Positions 8,565 to 20,760 of a DNA stretch of 24,496 bases are shown here, in pieces (position 1 is the stretch's first letter; every line of letters begins with the position of its first letter). Made by a program: the position numbers and the translations under genes. This DNA comes from Octopus sinensis (taxonomy: Eukaryota). The notes under the pieces are model-generated. The model saw only the letters and a list, made by a program, of their open reading frames with translations, ran no database searches and was not told the DNA's origin. The stretch is taken from contig NW_021836381.1 of NCBI RefSeq assembly GCF_006345805.1, positions 1-24,496 on the forward strand. The letters are read 5' to 3'.

Positions 8565-11500
8565 TCAACGAGGAGTTTGCATATTAAGTTGTGTTTGGAA
8601 TTTTTCAATGAAGAGATTTTCCTTGTTAATTCTCTCCTGTGTGGTGATCCCGTCTTTACATTGGTAGAAGGGGAATATATAGAATTTTGGATTTAAGTCT
8701 TAGCACATGAGTCTAAGTGGTCACTCAGTGGAATTTGTCGGTATTCCGGGAGATTTATTTGTTCTTTATGCACCGTTACTCGTTTACGTAAGGGAGACTC
8801 GTTTGTCCAACATAATTATGTTGGCAACCAGCGCATGTGAGAACGTAGATAAGGTTCTCGGAGGAACAGGAGAAGTTAGTCTTGATTTTAAACTTCGTAC
8901 CTTGTTTGAAGGTAAATTCAGAGCCTTCATAGAAAAAGGGCAGGTACCACAGTTTTGAGCGTGCACATTTTTTTTACTGTTGGGGGTGGATGTGGTGTGT
9001 GAAGTTTGGCATTTGTCAAGTTTTTTTAAAGATTTGTGTTGCCTTTTGCATTTGAGGATTTTGTGTGTTGTATATAATGTTTTTCATTTTTGGGTCTGTT
9101 GACAGTAGACTGAGGTTTTGTATGATTGTGGTGTATGCTTCGATATTTTTGGGGTTGTGGGTGAAATGTATGGAAGTATTTTGAGGTTGTGTGTGGTGTT
9201 AGGTTGGGTGTTTTCAGTGTAGTGTTGTCTAGTTCTTTGGCGCGTTTTATTCCATACTCTATAAGGGTGGAGGGATATTGACGTTGTAATAGTGTTTTTT
9301 TGAGGTCTTGAAGGCGTATTTCTCGTGTTTTTTGGATCCGAGACAATGGTGCATACCCTTTTAGCTAAATTGAAAGGGATATTTGTCTTGGTGTGTTTTG
9401 GGTGGCATGAACTAAAGAGGAGGTATTGTTGTGAGTCTGTAGGTTTGTGGTAGATGTATGTTATGATTTGGTTCTTAGGTGTTTTTATAATTAGGAGATC
9501 AAGGAATGGGAGATGATGTTTGCTTAATTCCATAGTGAATTGGATGTTGGGATGTATGTTGTTTAGTATGGTTTTGAATTCCAGGAGTTTTTCATAAGGT
9601 TCTTTCCATATGATGAAACAATCATCTAAATACCTTTTCCAGTTTTCCATTAGGTAGGTGTGGAAAACATGTCCAAATTTCTGGCTTGATATTTCATAGA
9701 GTGACAGTTCGAAGTACCCATTGTGAGGTTCGCAAGGACTGGTGCAGCCTTGGTACCCATCGCAATGCCACATTTTTGACGGTAGTGGGTGTCGTCGAAG
9801 AGAAAAAAATTGTTTGTCAGAATGAACTTAAGAGATTCTGTAATAAAAGACTTGTAATGCGGTCAGGGAATGTCTCTGGGTGTTTTTCTAGCCAGAAGTC
9901 AATTGCCTCTATACCATACTCATGTGGAATGTTGGTGTAGAGGTTGATGACATCAAAGGATATCAGGAGTGCCTCCTCGTTAACTGTTTTCGGGAGGTGT
10001 TTGAGCATGTCCAGATCATCCCTAATGAAACTTTTGATGTGGGTAAGGAAAGGTTTCAAAAGGATGTCTAGGAAGTTCTCAGGCGGTGTGTTTCACAGGA
10101 GGTACCAGCCACGATGGGCCTTAGTTTTAGGTCCTCCGTGCTTTGATGTTGATGTGGATGTCAGTGGAGAGTTTGCAGGCTTCGGTGATGTATTTGTTTT
10201 TATGGATTTTAGGAAGGCCATAAAAAAGGCTGGGCTTGCATTTGAAAATGGTGATATAATCCCTTTCTTTTTCTGTGAGTCCCTGACCGTGTTGGCGTAT
10301 GAGTGTGGTGAGGTTTCTGATTGTTTTTTGCTGTTTGTAGTTGTTAATAACCTCATAGAAAATGTTATTGTTAAGCATGGAGAACACTAGGTGTTTATAA
10401 ATTCCGTGTCCATAAGGACCACAGCACTCCCTTTGTCCGCTTCTTTGATGGTGAGGTTTTTATCCAGTTGTATGTCACGTAGGTTTTTCCCATTCTTCCT
10501 TACTGAAATTGGATTTTACCTTGGTTTTGCTTGGGGTAAAGGGAGACTCTGGATGTGTTTACAGAAATCGTCCAGTGTTTTATTTCTCCCTTTTGGTGGT
10601 AGGAAGTTGCTTTTATTTCTGATCAATGATTCGTCCCCTTTGTTGATATCTGTCAAAGCTTCTGTTAGGCGAAGTTTTTCTGCAGAATTCAGAAACGTCA
10701 TCCTTGACCTCCGGGGGTTGGTGTTGTTTTCTTGGGGTGGGTGTGAATTCAAACCTCTTGCTAGGATGTTGATTTGGGTTGGTGTCAGTGTTTTGCTGGA
10801 GAGGTTTATAATTTTTGTTTTCTTATTTTGGGTCTGGTTTAGCGGTGGTGTTTGTATTTTTCCCCTCTGTCTAAAAAATGGTTGTTGAGGTAAGGGGTGT
10901 ATTCTTTGTTAAAGTTCTGGTTGTATGTGTAGGAGTGTTTTTGGGTGGGGAGGTTGGAGGGGGTAGGTAGTTGTCGTATTTGTGTTGGTATGGGATGCGA
11001 TGGTGTAAGGATTTGTGAGAAATGCGATGGGTTTGTGGGTGTGTGTCTGGTAGATTGTATGGGGGGATGTAGGGGGGTATGTAGTTGTGGTGATTGGGTT
11101 CGTGTGGGATGTGAGGGTTTGGAGATCTGTAGGAGATGTGGTAGGAATGTGGTTGTTGGATGGTGGACTATAGGGGGTTTCGTTGGGTGGCTTATGTATC
11201 GGTGTGGGTAGGATGCCTTGTTTGTTATTAGTGTGAGGGAGGGGAGCCTTGAGGGGGGGATATTTTTAGTGTATGGGAGGTTCTTGAAGGTTCTAATCGG
11301 TGGGGGAGGGTGTTTAGGGTGATGGAAAACCAGGTTTTGTGGTGGGTCTTGTTTGAGATGTTTCGGGGGGGAAAAGGTTTTTTATATGGTTGGGGGAGGT
11401 TGTGTCCTGTTAGGAGGGGGTTTGGAGAGTATGTGTATTTGAGGTGCGGTTTGGAATGGTGTTTATGGGTACAGTGGAAGTCTGTGTTGTGGGTACTTTT

Positions 11501-12018
11501 ATGAATGGGTTTTTGGATTTATGGTTTAATATGAATTGTGTTTCATAGTTGAGGAAGAAATCTTTGTTGTTTTCCCAGCGTTTAAGGGAGGTTCGTTCTT
11601 CCTTTTCACATTCATCTTTCCATAGTTTAATAACAAGTTCGAGGGGCTGTTCGTTGGTGTGTGAGGTTAGTTCTAGAAGTATCTCATCGTCTATTTTTGT
11701 GTATTTTTGTTCGTGGTTTTGTGCTCTGAGTTTTAGAAGTTCTACTTCGGTTTTCATTTTTTCCAATGTTAGTTTTTCTCTTAGGGAGCGTTGTTTTTCA
11801 GGTTCGTCTGGGATGTGTTTGATTTGGAATTTACGGGGTAGTATGATAGGGGAGGAGTTTAACCATTTGTCGTAAATTTCAGCTTTGTTTTGGTTTTTGA
11901 GCATGTTCCAGAAGAGAAGTTTTCTGTTGTGTAGTTTCTTAGTCCAAGTAGTGATGATCTGGTTTTTAATACGTTGTGCTGGGGTTGAAGTGTGTTCCTT
12001 CTGTGTGTTGAGTGGTGT
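8565..12018 (-). pseudogene. PLE polyprotein (N-terminal extension, reverse transcriptase, Cys linker, GIY-YIG endonuclease), frameshifted
   Basis: Stitched frames give KIINLSSKTLTPTQINILARGL, KEADKGSAVVLMD, FYGLPKIHK, ISFDVINLYTNIP, QKCGIAMGTKAAPVLANL, WKRYLDDCFIIW (YLDD at 9621-9632), LPFLDL, YHKPTDSQQYLLFSSCHPKHTK, ILPY, KCARSK-CGTC, NLIYVLTCAGCQHNYVGQT, VHKEQ, SDHL, ending ...NMQTPR* (TGA at 8565-8567). Confidence 0.93.
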
Positions 12019-12129
12019 CTATATATATATATATATAAATTCTATATATATATATCTATAAATTTCCTCTATTTACATTAATATTGAGGTCTCTTTCTTT
12101 CTTTTATCTTACCGTTTTTACCAATATAT

Positions 12130-12977
12130 ATAATATATATATATTATATATATATATATATATATAATGCATGTATGTATGTATGTACATGAAAGTAATG
12201 TAGGTCAGTTACCTTTGCTAGAGTTCCCTTGAAATACTTATTGACGGTTTTCTATGTCGCAATAGACTACTAAGAAATACCAAACATTCCCATTTGATAA
12301 TTACTAAATTAAGGAGAATTCTACTGTTGAATCATATTTGTTACATTTGAATGTTGCTTTCTTCTTTGAGATACAATTTACAAGACGTCAGATATTCGTT
12401 CCATTATAACTTTGGTAAAGTATGAAATTAGCAATGGTTTTATATATACTTATATAGATATCTAGTGTTTTCTAGCTAATAACATGCCTAGAACTCCATT
12501 ATACTTGCATGTGTGTGTGTGTGTGTGTGTGTGTGAGTGTGTGTGTGTGTGTGTGTAGGTATACCCAATGCTAAATTCATAAATATATATATATAAGTAT
12601 AAAGGAGCTTGTGAGAGACAGATATGTGTATAAGAACACGTGTAAGTGAATACTCTCACTGACATGTATATATATACGTATGTATGTATGTAAATATATA
12701 TATATATATATATACACATATATATATATGCATATTTATATATAGTTATACATATAAACATGTATATACATGTATAGTGCTATATATGTATACATGTGTG
12801 TACATATTTATATATACATATATATGAATATATATACATACACACACATATATACATATAGTTATATATATATATATATGTATATATGTATATATATATA
12901 CTTATATATATATGCGTATATCTATATGTACATATATATATCTATATACACATATATATACATATGTATATATATGC

Positions 12978-13008
<31 letters not shown>

Positions 13009-13734
13009 TATATATATATACATACGTAGAAACTGCATGCATACACCCACGTACACGGGCACGTTTATATCCATGTGCGTGTCTTCACACCCACTTAATG
13101 ATATTTATATAGTGCAGTTATGTACGAGAATATAAGTATAAAATATGTATTTCTATATGTAGTGTGTGTGTGTGTGTGTGTGTCTGTGTGTGTGTGTGTA
13201 TGTGCAAACAGACGTCTATGCACAATCATTTATACGTATATGTGTACGTATGTGTCTTTAGTGTGAGTGTGTGTGTGCGTGAGCATGTGTGTTTTCAAAG
13301 CTCATCTGCTCTGAGAATATATAATGGTGGACAGCAAACATTTTCAGTCAAAGTAGTAAAGCTATAATTCAGTGTAAGACCTAATTTGCACTTATGGATA
13401 CACACCACACATTCATACACGCACGCTCACACACACACACAAGCACACATACGCCCGCAAACATAAACACACATACGAACACATTTATGCACACATACAT
13501 CTTAATACTCACAGTGCATGTATAATTGGGTGTGGAAACGGAATTGTTTCTGTTTTCTGTTTCAAATTGGTACTTATAAACCCAATATAAATATGCAAGT
13601 GTGTATGCATATGTATATATATATATAATGATGTTTAGAAATATGTGTGTATGTACGTGTGTGTGTATATCTATATATAAGCAAATGCATACATACCATT
13701 AGTCATATATCAATGTATCTTTTCATACACGTAT

Positions 13735-13772
<38 letters not shown>

Positions 13773-13882
13773 CGTATATATCGTGTATGTATGAAAATGT
13801 ATATATATATATACATCCACACATATACACGTATGTATACAAACATATACATATGCGTATATATATAGTGAACGTATGAATA

Positions 13883-13947
<65 letters not shown>

Positions 13948-14060
13948 CTACTCGAAAAGAGAGGGAGAATGAATATATATTACATACATATATGTAGGGG
14001 GGGATAAGTGTATGTATTTGTTTATCTATATACTTACATATGTATGTATGTATGTATGTA
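12130..14060. repeat. Extended compound microsatellite field ((AT)n, (TG)n, (CA)n, (ATAC)n) with short unique spacers
   Basis: Directly visible; accounts for ORFs 12462-13868. Confidence 0.9.
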
Positions 14061-14369
14061 TCTCTTTCTCACTAAGTTACAACACAATTTCAACGCTTTT
14101 TCCAATTTGTTGCAGTAAATAGTAATATCCCTTCCATTTTGGCTCTCCATGGTGGTTTTATATTTTTCGCAGCATTTATTTTATCGGTAAACAAACACAT
14201 TTTTATGCATATCTAGGTATATATATATGTATGTATGTATGTATAATATATACATGTATGTGTGTGTGTATGCGTGTGTGTGTGCTTGTATGCGTGGTGT
14301 TTTGAATTTGTGTTGCAAGATGCCTCTTGTGAAACTATGTGTTGAAACAGATATTGCTGTTGCCACACA

Positions 14370-15170
14370 GTCACGCCTTATTCCTCGAATGAAGTTCGTC
14401 TAATATCATCTGCAAATTGGTCCTCCGAGCCTTCATCTGAACATGATGTTTAATCATCGCCCCAATGCTCAGGGTGGACTATCCTCAAGATCTATTTAGT
14501 TGGAGTCTGCAAGGACCAATTAACATCCAGAGGGTGTTTCTGATGGAAGAATGAGTTCAATGACCCGTAGATGATGCCTGTAAAGAGTCCATATCTTACA
14601 TGAGTAAAGGGGTGATATCAGAATACCCGCTCAGTACACAGCAACTTTTGTTCACTTTGTTATTCCATGTTAGGACCTGACACGAGACTCAAGACCTTTG
14701 AAAGAATTAGTTGCCTTCTGAATTCTTAAAGATATTTGAGTATTCAAGGAGCAAGAACGGCCAAGGATGTTGCCCAGTTGGATAAACTTGCCTACTATAT
14801 CACTTCATTCAAGTAAAATAGCTGGCTTCACTTACTCGTTTCCTGGCTCATGTAGGATAATTACAAGAGTCTTATCAATGCTAATGCTGAATCCAAGTGT
14901 CTTGCAAGATGCAGATGTGTGATCCATAACAATTTGCATATCATCGCAATCATCTGCATAAAGGAAATCACTAGTAAGAAACTGAAAATCTTTCCAATTG
15001 GCAGTAAATGGACGTAAGTTGAAGAGACGACCAGAAGACCAGTACCTCACAGAAGGCCAGTACCTCACAGAAGGCCAGTACCTCACAGAAGGCCAGTACC
15101 TCACAGAAGACCAGTACCTCACATATATCCCAGAATAGCAATTCACAGCAAAATAACTATTACACACTTT
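14370..15170 (-). mobile_element. RTE-clade LINE remnant (RT C-terminal half, BovB-like), degraded
   Basis: GIYVRYWSSGRLFNLR (RTE GxYIRYRxDGxLFNLR motif), DFLYADDC (YADD at 14949-14960), LGFSISIDKT, then degenerate LG.IL...RIQKA..SF..L..RV and KHHVQM...ELH segments, with stops and frameshifts. Confidence 0.85.
15032..15123. repeat. 18-bp tandem repeat, ~5 copies, inside the RTE RT
   Basis: Unit ccagtacctcacagaag(g/a); translates in frame as VRYWPS/VRYWSS. Confidence 0.95.
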
Positions 15171-15239
15171 CTATTTCTAGTTTTTCTCATCCTTACTTTA
15201 CACAACCTCATACTATTATCTTTTTTTGTCTTCGGGGCA

Positions 15240-16385
15240 GGATGTTGTGTCCTTTGAGCTTAATCTTCATGTGCCACACGTGTTAGATAATCTCATGGCA
15301 GGTGTTTACCGAAACTGGTAGCAAAATGGGAGAATTCCCAGTCCTGTGAGCCGATGTTTGGTGGTGCTGCTGTTGAGAAATGACTAGATCAAAGGGGGCC
15401 ATGTGTATAATTTTATGCTCGGAACTCGGTTACATGCAGGTTACAAGATTTCGGACAAGAAGTCAGCCAAGATGTTGGTGCTTGTTGTTGATGGACTGGT
15501 CGGCGATTTACAGACATGCTCTATCCCTAAAAGATCTGTCCACTAGAACATCCACCTCACGCGCTACATCATAGAGTAGGTAAGGAACTTGGCATGGTAA
15601 GGCTGATCAATTTGCATCAATAGTAAGCTTTTGATATGGAAATATATTTAGGGGGGCATCATGAAGGCAGCCAGTTACAGCTCCATTTTCAGTGGCTGGA
15701 TTGCTGCAGTGTACAGCAACACCAGCTCGTTGGTCAAAGTAAATAGCCATCTATTGAAATCATTTAATATCGCGCGTTCGATCCGTCAAGGATACCCACT
15801 TTCGTTCCTTGTGTACGTGCTGGATTTTGAGCTATTGCTACTGAAGTTGGACGTTTTGAGAAGCATTCTGCTGAAACTAGGATGTGGATTATGCAGACGA
15901 CGTCACGGCGATAGTTTTGGACATCTCAAAAATCGAAATGATTGGAAATATTCTAAGCGAGTATGAAGCGATGACAGGAGAGAAAATTACCCTAGAGAGA
16001 TCGGTGAAAGGCAGATCCGTATCGCCCTGCAGCGTTGTAGAGCGATGGACGGAAGGACCGGTTAAATTGTTCTGGATCTGGTTTAGTCCGGACATCCAGG
16101 TGGACAAGAAACAGGGAAGTGGTGACGAGCCGGGTGGCCAGTGTCACCCAGATATGGGATGAGAGGAAGCTGTCCTCGAAAGGTCGGACGGAAGTAATAA
16201 ATTTGTACATTGCATTCGTCATTTTCTACTGCCCGGCTGCTGTTCCATATGCTGCTTCGTTGCTGATGAGGTGAGCACTTACTCTTCTGCTTTGTATAGA
16301 AGGAGACCGGTTCTATTAGTCAGACAGTCAATTTGCTGTCACTAGCTGCTGCGTGGCGTACTGCGAAGACCATGCCTAAAATGCA

Positions 16386-16390
<5 letters not shown>
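15240..16390 (+). mobile_element. Tx1/L1-clade LINE remnant (RT domain), degraded
   Basis: Segments LVVDGLVGDLQTCSIPKRS..NIHLTRYII, FSGWIAAVYSN, SIRQGYPLSFLVYVL (RQGCPLSP motif), DYADDVT (15890-15901), EYEAMTGEKI, GPVKLFWIWFSPD; multiple stops and frameshifts. Confidence 0.85.

Positions 16391-16469
<79 letters not shown>
16390..16469. repeat. Perfect (TC)n microsatellite, ~40 units
   Basis: Directly visible. Confidence 0.98.
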
Positions 16470-16473
<4 letters not shown>

Positions 16474-16734
16474 CATTTATTCGCTCTCTTCATTTTCCAC
16501 TTCTATAGATATTCTATCCCTACAGGCCACGTCCCCTCCTCGTCTAAACAACACGACCAGATATAAAGGGCGAATTCCATCAATGTGTACTTATTTTGGT
16601 ATGCATCAACTGGGGAAGATTTTGCATAAGAAATGAAATTCCATTTTTATTTATTCTGCAATTATCTGGAAAGTACGTATTGAATACATTCAAAATATCA
16701 TTACTTAGTCTGAACTCGTTTACACACACACGCA

Positions 16735-16767
<33 letters not shown>

Positions 16768-16815
16768 CTATATATATATAATATATATATTATATATAAT
16801 TTATATATATATATC

Positions 16816-17151
16816 ACACGAAACCACACTACACCATACAACATTACACATCACATCACAACACACCACCCACACACGCACCTTCCTGTTGGGGGACATG
16901 TTTACTTTGTTATCTCCCCTACTTCTTCACTCTCTTGTGTGACCCTTCTGTCCGGCAGTCAGTCACCATGATAGATCGTTAGCCACTACACACAATTTTT
17001 CTCTCCTTGTTTTTTCTGTGTCCTTTTCTGTAGAAGAGCGTAGGCTCGAAACGTAAAAGACTTTTTCTATTCCTGAGCGTTATACTACTACATCTGTTCG
17101 TTTTGTACACCACCTGTTTTCGTCTTTTTGTTTTTTTTCGTAAACTCTCCC
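16816..17151 (+). mobile_element. PLE pseudo-LTR-like 3' fragment (copy 2), between (TA)n tracts
   Basis: 16996-17151 matches 5064-5230; hammerhead-like TTT/CTGTAGAA/GAGC-GTAG-GCTC/GAAA/CGTA/AAAG at 17025-17059; ends aaactctccc|tatatat. Confidence 0.7.
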
Positions 17152-17182
<31 letters not shown>

Positions 17183-17458
17183 ACATACATACATATTTAC
17201 ATACATAAATATATTAATGTGTCCAACTGATTCAAAAATTATATTTATTTATGCAGCTGAGGATATCCCTGCGTTTAAAATGATGTAATGATTGCATTAT
17301 TCAATTGAATGAAGCCGCTTCAAACGGTCGTACTGCATCACGTCTTGATATCCTTTCAAGAATTGTAACACCGAAGTAGAATAATAAATGAAATGAGAAA
17401 ATCTTCTCACAATACAGGAATGAAAGTTGTAAAACATTCTTATATTTCAGGCCCAAAT

Positions 17459-17575
17459 TTTCTCATGTTCTTGTTTGAGTTGTGTATTCTTTGCTACAGC
17501 CGCATGTGGAGCGAGATTGGGGAGTCACCAACCTTTCTAGAACGAATTTAAGATAAGAGACTGGAAACAGCAATT
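17459..17575 (+). repeat. 117-bp dispersed direct repeat (copy 1; copy 2 at 22176-22291)
   Basis: 6 substitutions and 1 indel between the copies by manual alignment. Confidence 0.9.
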
Positions 17576-17712
17576 CAGTAGAATACATTCAAATCAATCA
17601 AATAAATGTGTGTCGAGGAAAATTCTGCCATTTGGATAGTAGGTATTCAAATGGCAGTCTCTACGTAGACACAAATTTCTTTGAACGTTCTCGTCTGAAG
17701 ATAGCTCTTTAC

Positions 17713-17805
17713 ACGCGAAATAAGTAAGGATTTTTCAACATTCATCTCTTCAAAGTTTGGAGCCTTCTCCATTTCATATATTGCTACTACACACACACAC
17801 ACCGA

Positions 17806-17847
<42 letters not shown>

Positions 17848-17998
17848 CACACACAACACATATATATATATATATATAATATGTGTGTGTTGGTGTGTGT
17901 GTGTGTGTGTGGTGTGTGTTGTGTTTGTGTGTAGCATATATAAGGAGAAGGCTCCAAACTTTGAAGAGATGATGTTGAAAAATCCTTATTTTTCGCGT
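17713..17998. repeat. Inverted duplication around a (CA)n-(AT)n-(TG)n core
   Basis: acgcgaaataagtaaggatttttcaacattcatctcttcaaagtttggagccttctcc is mirrored by ggagaaggctccaaactttgaagagatgatgttgaaaaatccttatttttcgcgt; the arms differ mainly by small indels. Confidence 0.9.
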
Positions 17999-18457
17999 AT
18001 ATATATATATCATAAATATGCTAGGAACGTAAAACTTCAAGTTGCGATTCGACTTTGAATTAATTTTAAAATTTGTTCTTTGCATTTTTTCTTTTGTTGA
18101 ATTTTGGTGTTTTTCTCGTATTTTTCTCTTGTTTAATTACAATTCACGCAAGTGTGAAACCATATTCTTCTTCTTCTGCCCACCCTCTCTCTTTTGCTAT
18201 GTGCCGGTATCTGTATGTCTGTGCGCATCCGCATGTGTGTATGTGTGTAATTATTGTTGAACGCAGACGCATTAGAGACCGCGCCAAAGATTCATGATGA
18301 ATCGATAGATCAAGAATACAATATCAATGTGACCTGTTGTGTCACTTAGAACAATAGATCAGGCATAATTTGTTGTAGTCGACTAAGTATAGCATGGAAT
18401 ACACACATACACAAAGAGAAACAACCAGATACACACATGCAAACACATGTATATATG

Positions 18458-18512
<55 letters not shown>

Positions 18513-18938
18513 GTATATATACGGAGAGGAGGAGAACGAGAGAGAAACGCAAAGATTTCATACAATTTATACAATTTATTTGTTTTAATATTTCCTTTAA
18601 AAAATGTGTACAGAAAATGTAAGACTGTGTGCAAATTTAGAAAAATAAATATATACATATTTGAAAATATCTGCTATATTTTCTCTTATATTTATAATAA
18701 AAACGAAAAACAAGATGTATTGGGAACAAAACTGTTTAAACGTAAAAATGAAGTAAATATATTGCTGAAAGATAACAAAAAATAATAAATTTATGCAACA
18801 GAATTGTAAAAACCTGACAGGATTCATAAAATTATATTTCAAAAAACATATTTTGATATACAGTAACTTTGGAGTAGAATACAGCAAACGATCTTCCATA
18901 TAGGGTTGTAAACACACATACACACACACACATATATA

Positions 18939-19095
18939 TGAGTGGCTGTGTGGTAAGTAGCTTGCTAACCAACCACATGGTTCCGGGTTCAGTCCCACTG
19001 CGTGGCATCTTGGGCAAGTGTCTTCTGCTATAGCTCCTGGCCGACCAATGCCTTGTGAGTGGCTTTGGTAGACGGAAACTGAAAGAAGCCTCGTA

Positions 19096-19155
<60 letters not shown>

Positions 19156-19374
19156 TGTGTGTAGTATGTGTGTGCGTTTGTCCCCCTAGCATTGCTTGAC
19201 CACCGATGCTGCTGGTTCACGTCCCCGTCACTTAGCTGTTCGGCAAAAAGAGACCGATAGAATAAGTACTGGGCTTACAAAAGAATAAGTCCCGGGGTCG
19301 AGTTGCTCGACTAAAGGCGGTGCTCCAGCATGGCCGCAGTTAAATGACTGAAACAAGAGTAAAGAGAGAGAGAG
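18939..19374 (+). mobile_element. Full-length tRNA-derived SINE with an internal (TA)n tract
   Basis: A-box TGGCTGTGTGG (18943-18953), B-box GTTCAGTCC (18987-18995), conserved body cttgggcaagtgtcttct...ggtagacggaaactgaaagaagcc, (TA)n at about 19094-19151, and tail ...gcatggccgcagttaaatgactgaaacaagagtaaagag, also seen at 23880-24085. Confidence 0.9.
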
Positions 19375-20760
19375 TATATATATGTATATATATATATATA
19401 TATATTGATTGATTGATTTATTGATTGAGTAATTGATTTCAATGTGAAGACGGACGAAATGCTGCCAAGCACAAAAAATTATGTTGACAAAGGAAATGAA
19501 TTTTTATAATTCTAATCCAGAAACGCATCCATAATTAATCAAAGACTGTTTGATTTCATCATTTTTCTTCTTTTTACCTATGTGAGTTACAAATATTGTT
19601 TTCTTTGGAGAGGTATTTTGTAGGAAAAAGGAATAGCAGTCTTTTGGCTGCTATTTCTAAATTTTTCGGTATGTGGTGAAGCAACTTCTTGCTTAACCTT
19701 TAATTATTGTTATAATTATATAAAAACTTTTTGTATAAGTTTTTACCGAATATGTTTTTTTTCCATACCGAAAACTACTTGGTAAATTTGTTAATTTATT
19801 AAGTTAATAATTCTTTACCCTATATCTGTAATGATTACATGCGCTGTTTACCTTGATATGAGATCACCATGTTGCGCACATATGGTTGTGATGCATGTGC
19901 CTGGTGTACCGTTATCACACGGGTAGTCATGATGGGTATATATTTTACCCCAGTGTCACTTTCATGACATGTACTGCTCTCTCACTCAATAATATAAGCA
20001 AGAGAATAATAATGATAATATATGCAAGAGAAATATGACAGCCACGCCTTAGCCCCTTTGTGGAGATAGAATTATCAAGCATGGTTGGCATACAAACATA
20101 CAAACCGAATGGAAATGTTGGTAATCTTTGACAACTGAGGATAAATAACACTGACAGTAATCTTTAACGACAATAACCGAGCAATTGAATAAATACTGTT
20201 TATATAAAGGAAGCCGTGATGTTGCTGCCAGGTAAAACGATATTCCGAGAAATAGAAAGTTTAAAACAAATATTAAATGAGGCTATATTTATATGTTTGA
20301 TATCACTTACTCAGATACTGAGATAGCGTTTTATATTTTATACATACCTATATGCATATATATATATACGTGTGTCCGTCTGTCTGTCTATCTATCTATC
20401 TATTTATCTATCTATCTTTGTGTGTTTGTGTGTGTGTGTTGTGTGTGTGCATGAACTAGCACAAATTGAACGAGGGGAATAAGGAATTGGCAGTTGAACA
20501 ACGTGAGAGTTTACAACAAGTATCCAAAATATAATCACACCAAAATAAGATTAAATTTATGCACAGTGCGTCGAAAAATAAACTAGAAAAAGGAGAAGAG
20601 AAAAGATATAAAGTGAGGTTTCGGGTGAACTCTTTACCAAAGTAGAGTATGAAGCAAGGTAAAAGAAAATCAGAAAAAGGAACGATACCTCTTTAAAGCA
20701 CCTGCGTTTACTTCTTCCATGGGCCAGGGAACACGAGCGACCCAGTGCGTCCCTCTTTTG

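Larger units (their letters stand above)
7802..12019 (-). mobile_element. Penelope-like retroelement (Neptune-like, EN+), 5'-truncated, inserted in (TA)n
   Basis: PLE RT motifs, C-terminal GIY-YIG endonuclease and Cys-rich linker (see ORF entry); AT-rich 3' region with a degenerate hammerhead; (TA)n at both ends (7773-7801 and 12020-12059). Confidence 0.92.

Noticed and set aside
10391-11875. Plus-strand ORFs 10391..10888, 10945..11211 and 11549..11875
   Set aside because: Antisense shadows of the A/C-rich PLE coding strand.
8565-12018. Selenocysteine (UGA) recoding as in Naiad PLEs
   Set aside because: Domain order is RT then EN (not Naiad), and the breaks are frameshifts rather than in-frame TGA at Cys positions.
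15032-15123. CRISPR-like array
   Set aside because: Contiguous 18-bp units with no spacers, inside a eukaryotic LINE.
16330-16469. Tx1 element targeted to (TC)n, as in Kibi-type elements
   Set aside because: The RT sequence stops mid-domain at the tract instead of ending in a 3' terminus, so this is not an insertion junction.
18939-19000. tRNA genes at SINE heads (also 1850-1887, 21900-21980 and 23380-23470)
   Set aside because: A/B boxes are present but there is no complete cloverleaf, and each continues into a shared SINE body.
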